From Spirochaetia bacterium (lineage in GTDB: Bacteria > Spirochaetota > Spirochaetia > SZUA-6 > Bin103): 64,000 bases of DNA. Of the stretch, positions 1 through 9,475 are shown one piece after another (within the stretch, counting starts at the first letter, position 1; the number at the start of each line of letters is the position of its first letter). The position numbers and the translations under genes were made by a program. The DNA lies in contig CBDAOI010000002.1 of NCBI GenBank assembly GCA_965198005.1, positions 64,001-128,000 on the forward strand, written 5' to 3'. Below the pieces are notes generated by a model. The model saw only the letters and a list, made by a program, of their open reading frames with translations, was not told the DNA's origin and searched no databases.

Positions 1-207
1 ACCAGGGTAAGCGACGCTGGCGGCATGCGCGGGAATTCGTGGAGCTGTTTGCGGAGGCGGTGCGGGAGTGGCCGTGGACGCCGCGCTTTCAGCGCTGCTG
101 ATGGCGGCCCAGAGCATGGGCGAGTTGGCAAGAAGCGGTGAGATCGAACCGTTCGTGGCTCATTTGTTCTTCCTCGAAAGAACGCGTAGTGCGCATAATA
201 ATTTGTG

Positions 208-375
208 TCACGAAAATTGCTTATTAGCCCTGGCTTCCGGTTTCTTCCTGGCTTTCTTAACCGACTTCGTGCCATAGGCACCCATTCGCCCGACACCGCC
301 CCTGAGCCTCGGATCAAGCAGGTCCCTCACTGCGTCGCCGAACATGTTGAAGCTGTACACGACGATGGTCTGGAT
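208..375 (-). pseudogene. 3' fragment of DppC/OppC-type ABC permease
   Basis: Translates TIVVYSFNMFGDAVRDLLDPRLRGG, matching the C-termini of the permeases at 7485-7620 and 12180-12290; the upstream part is absent. Confidence 0.85.
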
Positions 376-450
376 GTGAACGTGCTGATCGCACGGATCG
401 ACCCACGGCACGAGAACCACGAACGGGTCGTCCGCTGGGCAGCTTTCCGA
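370..450 (+). pseudogene. N-terminal fragment of a VapC/PIN toxin
   Basis: LDVNVLIARIDPRHENHERVVRW fits the LDVNVLIA..DPxHxxH VapC N-terminal pattern; no start codon and no continuation. Confidence 0.55.
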
Positions 451-615
451 CGTATATCTCCTTGGACTGGCGGTCAGTGAGGGCATCGACTTCGCCACGA
501 CAGACTCCCGGATTCACCATGAGGCCGTCGTTCGCGGCGAGGAGAAACTGCACGTGATTCCGGTGCTATGACGTTTCGGTATCAGTCTGGAGTCTCCCGA
601 AGGGACCGCGGCGAT

Positions 616-900
616 TCATCTACGCCGGAGCTGGTCTAGGTGGTTCAAGTCTCTCCAGAAGGTCCAGTAACTCAGGGAGCAGTGGACGGAGCGTACGGCC
701 AGCGGTAACCTGCTGAGGTTCTGTTGATACTCCAGATTCTGATCGGCCGTGAGAAACACATCAAAGCCAGGAGCGGCCGTACGCAACAATTCACCATTTT
801 CCAGTCCGGACCAACCACAATCGGTTACTGTGGACGCTGTATGACCAGCAAGCTCGCCGACCAGTCTTCGTGGTAGTGACTCATCAAGCAGAATGCGCAT
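616..900 (-). pseudogene. DUF5615 (PIN-like) toxin, frameshifted near the 3' end by an internal deletion
   Basis: MRILLDESLPRRL...GWSGLENGELL...FDVFLTADQNLEYQQNL; the expected tail LRPLLPELLDLLERLEP lies in another frame after about 690. Confidence 0.75.
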
Positions 901-1102
901 CGGCGTCCAGAGCCGCGCGTGCCATCTCCAGGGCAGCAACGGCCTTCGCGCGATCCACTGCAGGGAAATCGAACAAGAATTGTTCCAGTGTTTCCCCAGC
1001 TTCCAAGTAATCGAACAGGTTCTTTACGGGTGTACGCGTCCCGATGAACACGGGGACACCGCCCTGAATCCGTGGGTTCTTCTGTATGACCTGGTCTTTC
1101 AT
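884..1102 (-). CDS. DUF433 family antitoxin
   Basis: IQGGVPVFIGTRTPVKNLFDYLEAGETLEQFLFDFP motif; overlaps the DUF5615 start. Confidence 0.9.
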   Translation of the reverse strand: MKDQVIQKNPRIQGGVPVFIGTRTPVKNLFDYLEAGETLEQFLFDFPAVDRAKAVAALEMARAALDADAHSA

Positions 1103-1231
1103 TGTCGTCTGCTCAATGCGCGTACGGTAGAGATAACCACACCGTGATCCGCAACAGGCGTGAGAACACCCTATCACCGATGCACCCGTCGTTCAAGCTG
1201 GCATCAGCATCAGGCGGTCGAGTGGGTGCGT

Positions 1232-1645
1232 GAAGCCATATACCACGATGGTCAGGATGTCGCGCCCGGTGTGATCGGTGCCCAGCAGATGCTCGGCCGA
1301 GGAGCCCTGCCGTCGCCGGGTTACGTCCTGACGCTGCTCGGGGTCCGGGGCCAGCACATCGGCGAAGACGCTCACCAGCACGAACAGCACGATGATGACG
1401 GCGCCGAGCAGGCCCATCGGCTTCTCCCGGACCAGCCGGTAGAAGAAGTCCGCAAGAGGGCCGCGCCGGCGTCGCATCTCGCGAAACCGCTCCGTGTCGA
1501 CATTCGGTCGCGCCATACTGAGCGTCGCTCAGCAAGAGGTCGACAAAATCGCCCGGGAGCAGGCGTACCGACAGGAACACCAGCATGCTCACGATGAACA
1601 GCGTGGGGATGAACAGGCCCTTCCCAGCCACAGTTGCCAATCTGC
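1232..1645 (-). pseudogene. Telescoped remnant of an SBP-dppB-dppC operon
   Basis: In order: SBP C-terminus (QIGNCGW), dppB N-terminus (LFIPTLFIVSMLVFLSVRLLPGDF), dppC N-terminus (RRRGPLADFFYRLVREKP..GTDHTGRD), dppC C-terminal piece (ILTIVVY). Confidence 0.8.
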
Positions 1646-2045
1646 TCCGCGCCACGCCGGCTCGGTCGCTGCCAGCTTGCCCACTGCCGCTCCGGCGGTC
1701 GCCGGCCCCCGCGTCGCGCGCGCCGACAGTTCGGCGCAGAACCGGCGAGCGGAGCTGGTAGTAGCGGCCCCGGGGAGCGAGCACGACCAGCGGGCCACAC
1801 CCGGTTCGGCGCAGAACCAACAGGCGGCGCGGGTCCCGGACCGGAGTGGCGCTCGGACACCGCGCCACGCCGCCGGCTCGGCCGATGCCGGTTCTCCCGC
1901 GCCCGGTCCTGCTGCGGCCGACTCCAGCGTCGCACTTGCCGGCGGTTCGGTGCAGAACCAGCAAGCGCAGCGCAGGCAGTACCGGCCCCGGGCCGCGAGC
2001 AGGTTCGGCGCGACACGACCCGCTCGGCGCCGAACCGGCAGGCGG
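1645..2045 (+). repeat. Detached copy of the HNH gene internal repeat region
   Basis: Contains the ttcggcgcagaacc and ccgcgccacgccg(ccg)gctcgg units also seen at 4670-5350. Confidence 0.85.
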
Positions 2046-2049
2046 CGCG

Positions 2050-2148
2050 GGCAGGAGTACGTCGCGCCGTCCAACGTGGTGGCGTCGCCCAACAATGACC
2101 TCGGCCGGATGCTGCTGGCGGGCGAGATCGACGCCGCCATCGCGCCCG
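2050..2148 (+). pseudogene. Fragment of a 4,5-dihydroxyphthalate decarboxylase/NMT1-like substrate-binding protein
   Basis: EYVAPSNVVASPNNDLGRMLLAGEIDAAIAPG resembles this family (recalled motif). Confidence 0.4.
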
Positions 2149-2296
2149 GGTGCATTCTTTCTGTGTGGTAGCGCACTACCGGTGCCACCGGCATCGAGCA
2201 TGGCAGCGAGCGCGGCCAGGGCGCAGCCGGTTAGCGCAGCCGGCGATTGGCGTTGACATCGAAGATGCCGCACGGATACGTTCGCCGGCGGGTCTC

Positions 2297-2776
2297 ATGG
2301 CCGACGAGCGGGCAGCAGAGCAACCGGACATCGACGAGCCGGGGAAGGCGATCAGTCAGCCGCACGACAAGTACTTCCAGCGCGTGTTCTCGAACGAGCA
2401 GGACGCCGCCAGCCTGCTGCGCACCTGCGTGCCGCGCCCGCTCGCCGACACGCTGAAGTGGTCGACGCTCGCCCTGCTGCGCGGTCGCTTCGTGGCTGAC
2501 GACTGGCGGCGCAACGAGACCGATCTGCTGTATTCGGTGGAGCGGGAGGGAACGGAGACGCCGGTGCTGGTGTACGTGCTGCTGGAGCATCAGTCGACGC
2601 CGGACCAGTGGCTGCGGCTGCGGCTGCTGGGCTACTGCGTACAGGTGTGGCAGCAGTGGCACCGGAACCATGAAGATGAAGCGCGGTTGCCGCTACTGGT
2701 GCCGGTGGTACTCTCGGAGCTGGTCGGATACGACAGCTCCGAGAGAGAGGTTCGGCTGGGCGAAAAGCGGCGCTGA
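2297..2776 (+). pseudogene. Rpn family recombination-promoting nuclease (Transposase_31), truncated
   Basis: QPHDKYFQRVFS, ETDLLYSV, VYVLLEHQSTPD and LPLLVPVVL motifs; premature end, with the C-terminal part separate at 2820-3087. Confidence 0.85.
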
Positions 2777-2859
2777 AAGCGGCGGTTTTCGGGCGCTATC
2801 AGGGAGCGCTGTTTGCGGAGTCGTTGCGGAGGAACGTGCCGGGCCGCGGAGGAGAGGTG

Positions 2860-3087
2860 ATGAATTACGTGGAGGAAATGATTGAGCGAGGCCGTCGGGA
2901 AGGCCGTCGGGAAGGCCACCGGGAAGATGAGTTGAAGGGGCGCGTGCGAGCCATTGAGGGCTTTGTGGCACGAGATATACCGTGGTCCACCATCGAAGCG
3001 GCCACGGGAATCGACGAGGCCACATTCCGGCGCCTCAGGCAGCGAATAAACAGGCCAATGATCGGATCTCTGGTCTGCGACCCGTAG
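2860..3087 (+). CDS. Rpn C-terminal small protein (RpnS-like)
   Basis: GGAGAGGTG-ATG internal start; MNYVEEMIERGRREGRREGHRE...IEAATG is typical of the Rpn C-terminus. Confidence 0.6.
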   Translation: MNYVEEMIERGRREGRREGHREDELKGRVRAIEGFVARDIPWSTIEAATGIDEATFRRLRQRINRPMIGSLVCDP

Positions 3088-3120
3088 CCCGTTTCTTGCT
3101 TGCGCCGGTAACACCGGCTT
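3062..3120 (-). promoter_or_regulatory. Copy of the SBP 5' leader element (two short hairpins)
   Basis: Near-identical to 11127-11186, which lies directly upstream of the SBP ATG at 11107. Confidence 0.7.
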
Positions 3121-3330
3121 TCACTCCCGACGACGACGCCACGCCGCCGGCCCTCACCGGACGCGAGCGGGAGGAGCGGTGCTGACGCGGTGTCTAGGCG
3201 ACCTGACGTGGCCGCCAGGATCACCGACTACTACGAGGATCGATCTCCGGAGTTGGACCGATCCGGCTGGCTGGCCGTTGCCGAGCGCGTGGGCGACCGC
3301 TTTCAATCCATGCCGACGATGACCTATCCA
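3119..3330 (+). pseudogene. Internally deleted paralog of the AAA ATPase at 18506-19675
   Basis: Matches about 18530-18615 joined directly to about 19335-19455. Confidence 0.85.
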
Positions 3331-3401
3331 GCGATCTAGTCACCGAGTTTCTGCAGTCCTTATCGAATCATGGATTATTCTAGAATTACGCCGCTGTAAG
3401 C

Positions 3402-3430
3402 TTGCATATTGTTTCGCTTCGTGGTATACT
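3402..3430 (+). promoter_or_regulatory. sigma70-like promoter for the HNH gene (likely leaderless)
   Basis: TTGCAT(3402-3407)-N17-TATACT(3425-3430), with ATG at 3437. Confidence 0.55.
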
Positions 3431-3436
3431 ATCGAC

Positions 3437-5714
3437 ATGAATAATGTCGTATCTGATGCCTCTTGCCAGTCTCTCGATGTACCCAACACTTTCCACTTGG
3501 TAAGCGACGCCGATCTACTGTTCAGGACCAGAGAACTGGCCCGCCACGAGACCGCACTCACCATCGTCACGATCCGGCACTTGGACGAAATAGAGCGCCG
3601 TGAGCTGTACGAAGAACGTGGCTATCCGAGTCTGTTCGCGTACGCGGTACGGGAGCTGAACTACAGTAATGGATGCGCTTGGCGGAGAATCATGGTGATG
3701 AAGTTGTGTCGTGAAATGCCAGGGATAGCAGACAAGCTGCGCAGCGGCGAGTTGAATCTCACGACCGCGAGTCAGTTGCAGAACGCGATTGAAAAGCGTG
3801 CGCGGAAAGCGGCTCGTAAGGCTTCCCGTAAAGCCGTCCGTGAGCGGGCGAGTGAGTCGGCGAGCGTGTCGGCGACGGGCGCTGTAAGGGTGGGCGCCGG
3901 GGAGTCGTCGGCTGGAGGGGTGCACCCGGCGCAGACGGAAGTCGCGGGAACCCAGGAAGTCGCGCCTGCCGCAGCGCTGGCGCCAGGGCCGGCGACGTCG
4001 CCGGCTGCGGAAACCGCGGCCGCCGCCGGGAAGGCCGCGGCCGCATCCCCGGCGGCGTTGGCGTCGGCCGCTGCGTCGCCGCCCCCGGGTGCGGCCCGCG
4101 AGTCTGCGCCGCCGCCGCCCGCGACGGAACCACCACCGGCATGGACCCGGGACCAGAAGGTCGAACTGGTCGATCTGGTCGCCAACAAGTCGGCCCGTGA
4201 GACCGAGAAGCTGCTGGCGGAACTGGAGCCGGAGCTGGGCCTGCCGCGAGAGCAGCAGCGCGCCCTCGGCGGCGGCCGCTACGCGGTGCGGGTGATCCTG
4301 GACCAGAGCAGTATAGGGACCATCGCCAAGCTGAAGGGCTGGCTGTCGCACGTGAACCCGGGCTTCACCACCGGGCAACTGCTCGCCTACCTGCTGCAGC
4401 AGGCGGAGCGGAAGTACGACCCGATGCGGGAGCGGAGTCGCGCCAAGCGGGGGGCGGCGGTGCCGGCGCGGCCCGCCGAGACGTGCGAGCAGGAACGCGC
4501 CGTCACCGGCAAACGCCGGGTCGCCGGAGGTGCGGTGGGCGCGGCTACGCCCGAGGCCGGCTCGTCGACCTGCGCCACCAGTGTGCCTGGCGAGGGGGTG
4601 CCCGCGACCGCGGCTGCCCGCAGTTCGGTTGCCGCGGGTCCGGTTGCTGGCAGCCCCGCACCCGCTCCGGTCGCCGCCGGCCCCGGCGTCGCACTTGCCG
4701 GCGGTTCGGCGCAGAACCAACAGGCGCCGCGGGTCCCGGACCCGAGTGGCGATCGGACTCCGCGCCACGCCGCCGGCTCGGCCGATGCCGGCTCTCCCGC
4801 TCCCGCTTCGGCCGCCGCCGGCCCCAGCGTCGCACGCGCCGGCAGTTCGGCGCAGAACCGGCGAGCGCCGCGGGCAGCGGATCGGAGTGGCGATCGGACT
4901 CCGCGCCACGCCGGCTCGGTCGCTGCCAGAACCCACTGCCGCTCCGGCGGTCGCCGGACCGCCGAGTGGCGATCGCACGACATACCCGGTTCTGCGCAGA
5001 ACCAACACGGACCGGAGTGGCGATCGGACTTCGCGCCACGCCGGCTCGGTTGATGGCGGCTTTCCCACACGCGGTCCGGTCGCCGCCGGCACCGCGGGCG
5101 CACGCGGTGGCAGTTCGGCGCAGAACCAACAAGCGCCGCGGGCAGCGGATCGGAGTGGTGATCGGACTCCGCGCCACGCCGGCTCGGTCGCTGCCGGCTC
5201 TCCTGCGCCCGGTCCTGTTGCGGCCGACTCCAGCGTCGCACCTGCCGGCGGTTCGGCGCCGAACCGGCAAGCGCAGACAGTAGCGACCCCGGGAAGCGAG
5301 CAGGTTCGCCGCGGCACTCCGAGTTCGGCGCAGAACCAGCAGGCGCCGCGGGCAGGGAAGGGGCCTTCCCGGACGGCCGCCGAGTTGCACTGCGGGGTGC
5401 GAGCGCGGCTGTCCGGAGATCGCACGGCGGCGCAGCCGCCAGCACCCGAATCCGCCCGCGCGCGCCGGGGGAGGCGGCACATTCCGGCGGCGGTGCGACG
5501 TGCGGTGTGGCGGAGGGACGGTGGGGCTTGCTGCTACCAGGACCCGCTCACCGGCGTGACCTGCGGGTCGACCCACCTGGTGCAGATCGACCACATCGTG
5601 CCGGTGGCGCAGGGCGGCAGTAACGACATGGTCAATTTGCGTTTGCGCTGCACCGTCCATAACCGACGGCGCGACCCGCGCTGTGCCAGCTACCGCTCTG
5701 CTCCGGCCGCGTAG
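3437..5714 (+). pseudogene. HNH endonuclease with DUF222-like N-terminus, split by a frameshift at about 4930
   Basis: N-terminal HLDEIERRELYEERGYPSLFAY..ELNYS in ORF 3437-5053; HNH domain RHIPAAVRRAVWRRDGGAC..IDHIVPVAQGGSND..NLRLRCTVHN in the frame ending at 5714. Confidence 0.85.
4670..5350 (+). repeat. Imperfect intragenic tandem repeat, mostly ~125-145 bp units
   Basis: Core ttcggcgcagaacc (or variant) at about 4705, 4846, 4990, 5114, 5252 and 5324; peptide GSAQNQQAPR..SGDRTPRHAGS. Confidence 0.9.
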
Positions 5715-5986
5715 CGCGGTCGGGTTCGCGCCAGCAGTTCCTCAGGCGATCAGAGGTCATCGTGATTAACGCGGCGGCGGATCGGCTCATGTGCGTGGCC
5801 CGGTGTACCCGGATGCCGGCCATGGATTATGACCATGGTCCATCATTTGTCGGCCTACGACTTCCGCACGGGCTGCGCGGGCAGCGTACAGCCGACCAGC
5901 AGCGACAGGCGTGCTCCGGTGATGGGGGTTTGACCGGACGGCCGTAGACGAGCGAGTATGACTCCATGCAATGAAGCAATGGAGGC

Positions 5987-6265
5987 ATGTCTATGAGTCA
6001 CATCACGCTGCGAGACGTTCCTCAGGCATTGGATCGCCGATTGCGCGAGTTGGCACGGACGCAAAACAAGAGCCTGAACAAAACAATCATCCAGGTCCTG
6101 ATTGAATCGCTTCATCTCGGAGACGGGAACGATCGTCAACGTGACGTGTCCGACCTCGCCGGGACCTGGAGCAACGAACAAGCAGCGGAGTTTGAAGCCA
6201 ACACGCGGGTCTTCGACCAGCTCGACAACATTCCCGGTGTGTTTGCCACAGGACCGGAGCTCTGA
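5987..6265 (+). CDS. FitA/Arc-like RHH antitoxin, orphan, with altered C-terminus
   Basis: ITLRDVPQALDRRLRELARTQNKSLNKTII..DLAGTWS pattern; no intact VapC follows. Confidence 0.7.
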   Translation: MSMSHITLRDVPQALDRRLRELARTQNKSLNKTIIQVLIESLHLGDGNDRQRDVSDLAGTWSNEQAAEFEANTRVFDQLDNIPGVFATGPEL

Positions 6266-6401
6266 ACTTCGTGTCGGTCGCGGTCTTCCCACATAGCTGT
6301 GCCGCTCGCACAACGGCTGCTGCTCGTGGTCACTTGATGCCATCATATTTGACACACCCGGCGAGACCACCTACCCTTGCAGAGACGAGGACCGGATTCT
6401 G

Positions 6402-7420
6402 GTGATGAGAACCGTGAAATATGTGTATTGGCAAGAAGGCGGCTTGTGGATCGGCTATCTCCAAGACTATCCCGACTACTGGACTCAGGGTGAGACGTCT
6501 TTTGCATCCGTTCCAACCCGAGGCGCCTACCCTGGCACACTTGCGGCAAACAAGTCAACCGGGCGGCAAAATGAACAAAATAAACAAAACGCGATCACCT
6601 CATGCCTCGCTCCGCTCCGCAGCCTTCCCGAGCCTCCCGCAGTGTTCATCCAGCCACGATTGACCCGTGACGGCATCGAATCGCTACCCATTGAACACCG
6701 TCACGCCTGCCGGGTCGCGCAGTTGCCTGATCATCATCGCGATCCGTTCGACCGGCTGCTCGTTGCAGTGGCACAACTGGAATCTCTCAGGGTGCGCCAT
6801 GCGCTGCAGATGGCGATCGACCTCGAGACCGCCAACGGCAACTACTTCTCCGTCTGCTTACTCTGTCATGGAATACCGAACACTGCCCCGACCGTGAAGC
6901 CGGAGTACGGCGGGATCATTGGTTCTGGTCCTACGACCCGGCGGGTGCCGAGCGAGTACTTCTCGTCGTCCTTCCAGTAGTCCGACGCTGTTCATCCTGA
7001 GCACGCTGGTGTTCTTTACCGTGCGCCTACTCCCCGGCGACTACGTCGACATCTTGCTGAGCGACCGCGCCCTTGATTCCTTCGCCGCCGCTGGCGTCGA
7101 CAGCGCGGCGGCTCCCGTAGACGTCCACACCCAGCGTCCTTTGTGGCAGCGGCCGGCGCCGACGCCACAATCGAGCGGCGCCTGACTGCGCATGAGCGTT
7201 ACTACCGAACAGGCGTACCGTATCAGCGGAGACTAAACCAAACTAAGTCAATTTCGGCAACACACAATTGCCCGGGGATCGGCTTGTGCAGGAGGCTATC
7301 CCCGGCGAGATTGCCGCCGGTCCGCGCGGGGCGCACGGCAGCGGGCGTAGCGCATCAAGCTCCCGCTTGAGGCGATCGATGGTCTCGAGGATGTTGCCCG
7401 GCATACTCACCCGCTCCGAA
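6402..7420. pseudogene. Mosaic of short gene fragments (HicB-like, VapC C-terminus, SBP, dppB, Fic-like N-terminus)
   Basis: YVYWQEGGLWIGYLQDYPDYWTQGET; LPDHHRDPFDRLLVAVAQLESL; RVRHALQMAIDLET; KPEYGG; PTLFILSTLVFFTVRLLPGDYVD; and on the minus strand ILETIDRLKRELDALRPLP. Confidence 0.7.
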
Positions 7421-7484
7421 TCAGCACGGGCCACGGAGAGGTATCGCCGGTTTCGTTGCTCGTGGTTTGGCGCCCCCGTGTCGG

Positions 7485-8455
7485 TCAGCTGCGCGACGAG
7501 CGCGCCCGCACCGCTTTCTGCAGCGCCTTGCCGCCGTGGGCGCCCATGCGGCCCACCCCGCCGCGCAGCCGCGGGTCGAGCAGGTCGCGCACCGCGTCGC
7601 CGAACATGTTGAAACTGTACACCACGATGGTGAGGAAGATGCCGGGCCACATGGCCAGCCACGGTGCCTGCTGCATGTAGTGGCGGCCCTCGCGGCTCAG
7701 CAGGCCGCCCCAGCTGGGAACGCTCAGCGGCAACCCGAAGCCCAGAAAGCTCAGCGAGGCCTCGGTGATGATGACCGCGCCGACGCGCCGATAGTGATGC
7801 TGAAGATGACGATGATGGGCGCCAGCACGTTCGGCAGCACGTGGCGCAGCACCGTGCGCCAGGGCGGGCTGCCGAACGCCTGTGCAGCCTGGAAGTAGGC
7901 GTTCTCCTTCACCCCGATCACCGCGCCCCGGATCACGCGCGAACTGCCAATGCCGTAGGTCAGGCCCAGCACGATGATGATTTGCGGCGCACCGGTACCC
8001 AGGATCGACATGATGGTCATGAGCAGGAGAAGTCCCGGAAACGCCATCCAGGCATCGACGAATCTCTGCGTCAGCAGGTCGAGTCGGCCGCCGACGAACC
8101 CCGACAGGCCGCCGACGGCGGTGGCCACCAGCACCGCCACCGTGGTCGCCGCGAAGCCGACCAGCAGCGACAGGCGCGCGCCGTAGATGTTGCGGCTCAA
8201 GAAGTCGCGCCCCGTATGATCGGTTCCCAGCAGATGCTCGGCCGAGGAGCCCTGCAGCCTCCGGGTCACGTCCTGACGCTGCTCGGGGTCCGGTGCCAGC
8301 ACGTCGGCGAAGACGCTCACCAGCACGAACACCACGATGATGACGGCACCGAGCAGGCCCAACGGCTTCTCCCGGACCAGCCGGTAAATGAAGTCCGCAA
8401 GAGGGCCGCGCCGGCGTCGCTCTTCGGCGCCGGCGGGTTCAGCGAAGTTGCTCAC
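7485..8455 (-). pseudogene. DppC/OppC-type ABC permease, frameshifted
   Basis: Full-length permease interrupted by an 8-bp tandem duplication at 7776-7791; removing one copy restores ITIGAVIITEASLSFLG. Confidence 0.9.
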
Positions 8456-9411
8456 TGGTAGCGAATCCTCGGGTCGAGGTAAGCGTACAGCAGGTCGATG
8501 AGCAGGTTGGCGAACAGGATGAAGGTGGCAATGAAGAGGTTGATGCCCGAGACCATCGGATAGTCACGCAACGACAGCGCCTGGACGAGCAGCGACCCCA
8601 GGCCGGGCAGGTTGAACAGCGTCTCGATGATGACCGAACCACCCACCAGGATCGGCAACTGCAGCCCGATGAGCGTCACCACCGGAATGAGCGCGTTCTT
8701 CATCGCGTGGCGGACGACGACCAGCCGCTCGCGTAGGCCCTTGGCCCACGCCGTGCGCACGTAGTCCTGCCGCAGCACTTCCAGCATCATGGTGCGCGTC
8801 ATCCGCATCGTGGCGGCAGAGAGGCCGGTGCCCAGGATCAGGCCGGGGATGATGAACATGCCGACGTGGGCCAGCGGATCCTCGCTGAAGTCGAACAGTC
8901 GCAGCGGTGGCGTCCAACCCCACCAGATGCCGGGAAAGATGAGGACCATGAGGGCCAGCCAGAAGTTGGGCGTGGCCAGCCCGAAGATGGCGGCACTGCG
9001 GCCCGCGTAATCGCCCAGGGTGTCCTGACGCACCGCCGAGTAGATGCCCACCGGCAGCGCGATTAACAGGCCGATGAGCAGCGCGGCGCCCCCCAGCTCC
9101 AGGGTGACGGGCACTCGGTCGAGGATCTTGATCTCCACGGGCTTGTGACCCCGGAGCAGGGATTCACCAAGCGTCCCGTGCAACAGGATCCCCGACACCC
9201 AGCGCGCGTAAGCGATGTGCGCTGGGACGTTCAGCCCCAGCCTCTCGCGAAACCGCTCCCTGTCAACCTCGGTCGCGCCATACTGAGGGTCGTTCAGCAA
9301 GATGTCGACAAAATCGCCGGGGAGCAGGCGTACCGACAGGAACACCAGCATGCTCACGATGAACAGCGTGGGGATGAACAGCAGCAGCCGGCGGATGACG
9401 TAGGTTCGCAC
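8452..9411 (-). CDS. DppB/OppB-type ABC permease
   Basis: EAA-loop region MLEVLRQDYVRTAWAKGLRER..HAMKNALIPVVT, ends YLDPRIRY; GTG start at 9411. Confidence 0.92.
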   Translation of the reverse strand: MRTYVIRRLLLFIPTLFIVSMLVFLSVRLLPGDFVDILLNDPQYGATEVDRERFRERLGLNVPAHIAYARWVSGILLHGTLGESLLRGHKPVEIKILDRVPVTLELGGAALLIGLLIALPVGIYSAVRQDTLGDYAGRSAAIFGLATPNFWLALMVLIFPGIWWGWTPPLRLFDFSEDPLAHVGMFIIPGLILGTGLSAATMRMTRTMMLEVLRQDYVRTAWAKGLRERLVVVRHAMKNALIPVVTLIGLQLPILVGGSVIIETLFNLPGLGSLLVQALSLRDYPMVSGINLFIATFILFANLLIDLLYAYLDPRIRYQ

Positions 9412-9475
9412 GCGAGAAGGAAGGCCTGGGGCCACGCAGGCCGACCCCAGGCGCAAAAAGGCAAAGACGAGCTAG

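Noticed and set aside
4670-5350. CRISPR or DGR template/variable repeats (with 1645-2045)
   Set aside because: The repeats are intragenic and coding, the differences are not adenine-specific, and there is no reverse transcriptase in the window
6402-6980. 192-aa ORF as a genuine multidomain protein
   Set aside because: It is an in-frame concatenation of unrelated HicB, VapC and SBP fragments with non-coding-looking linkers
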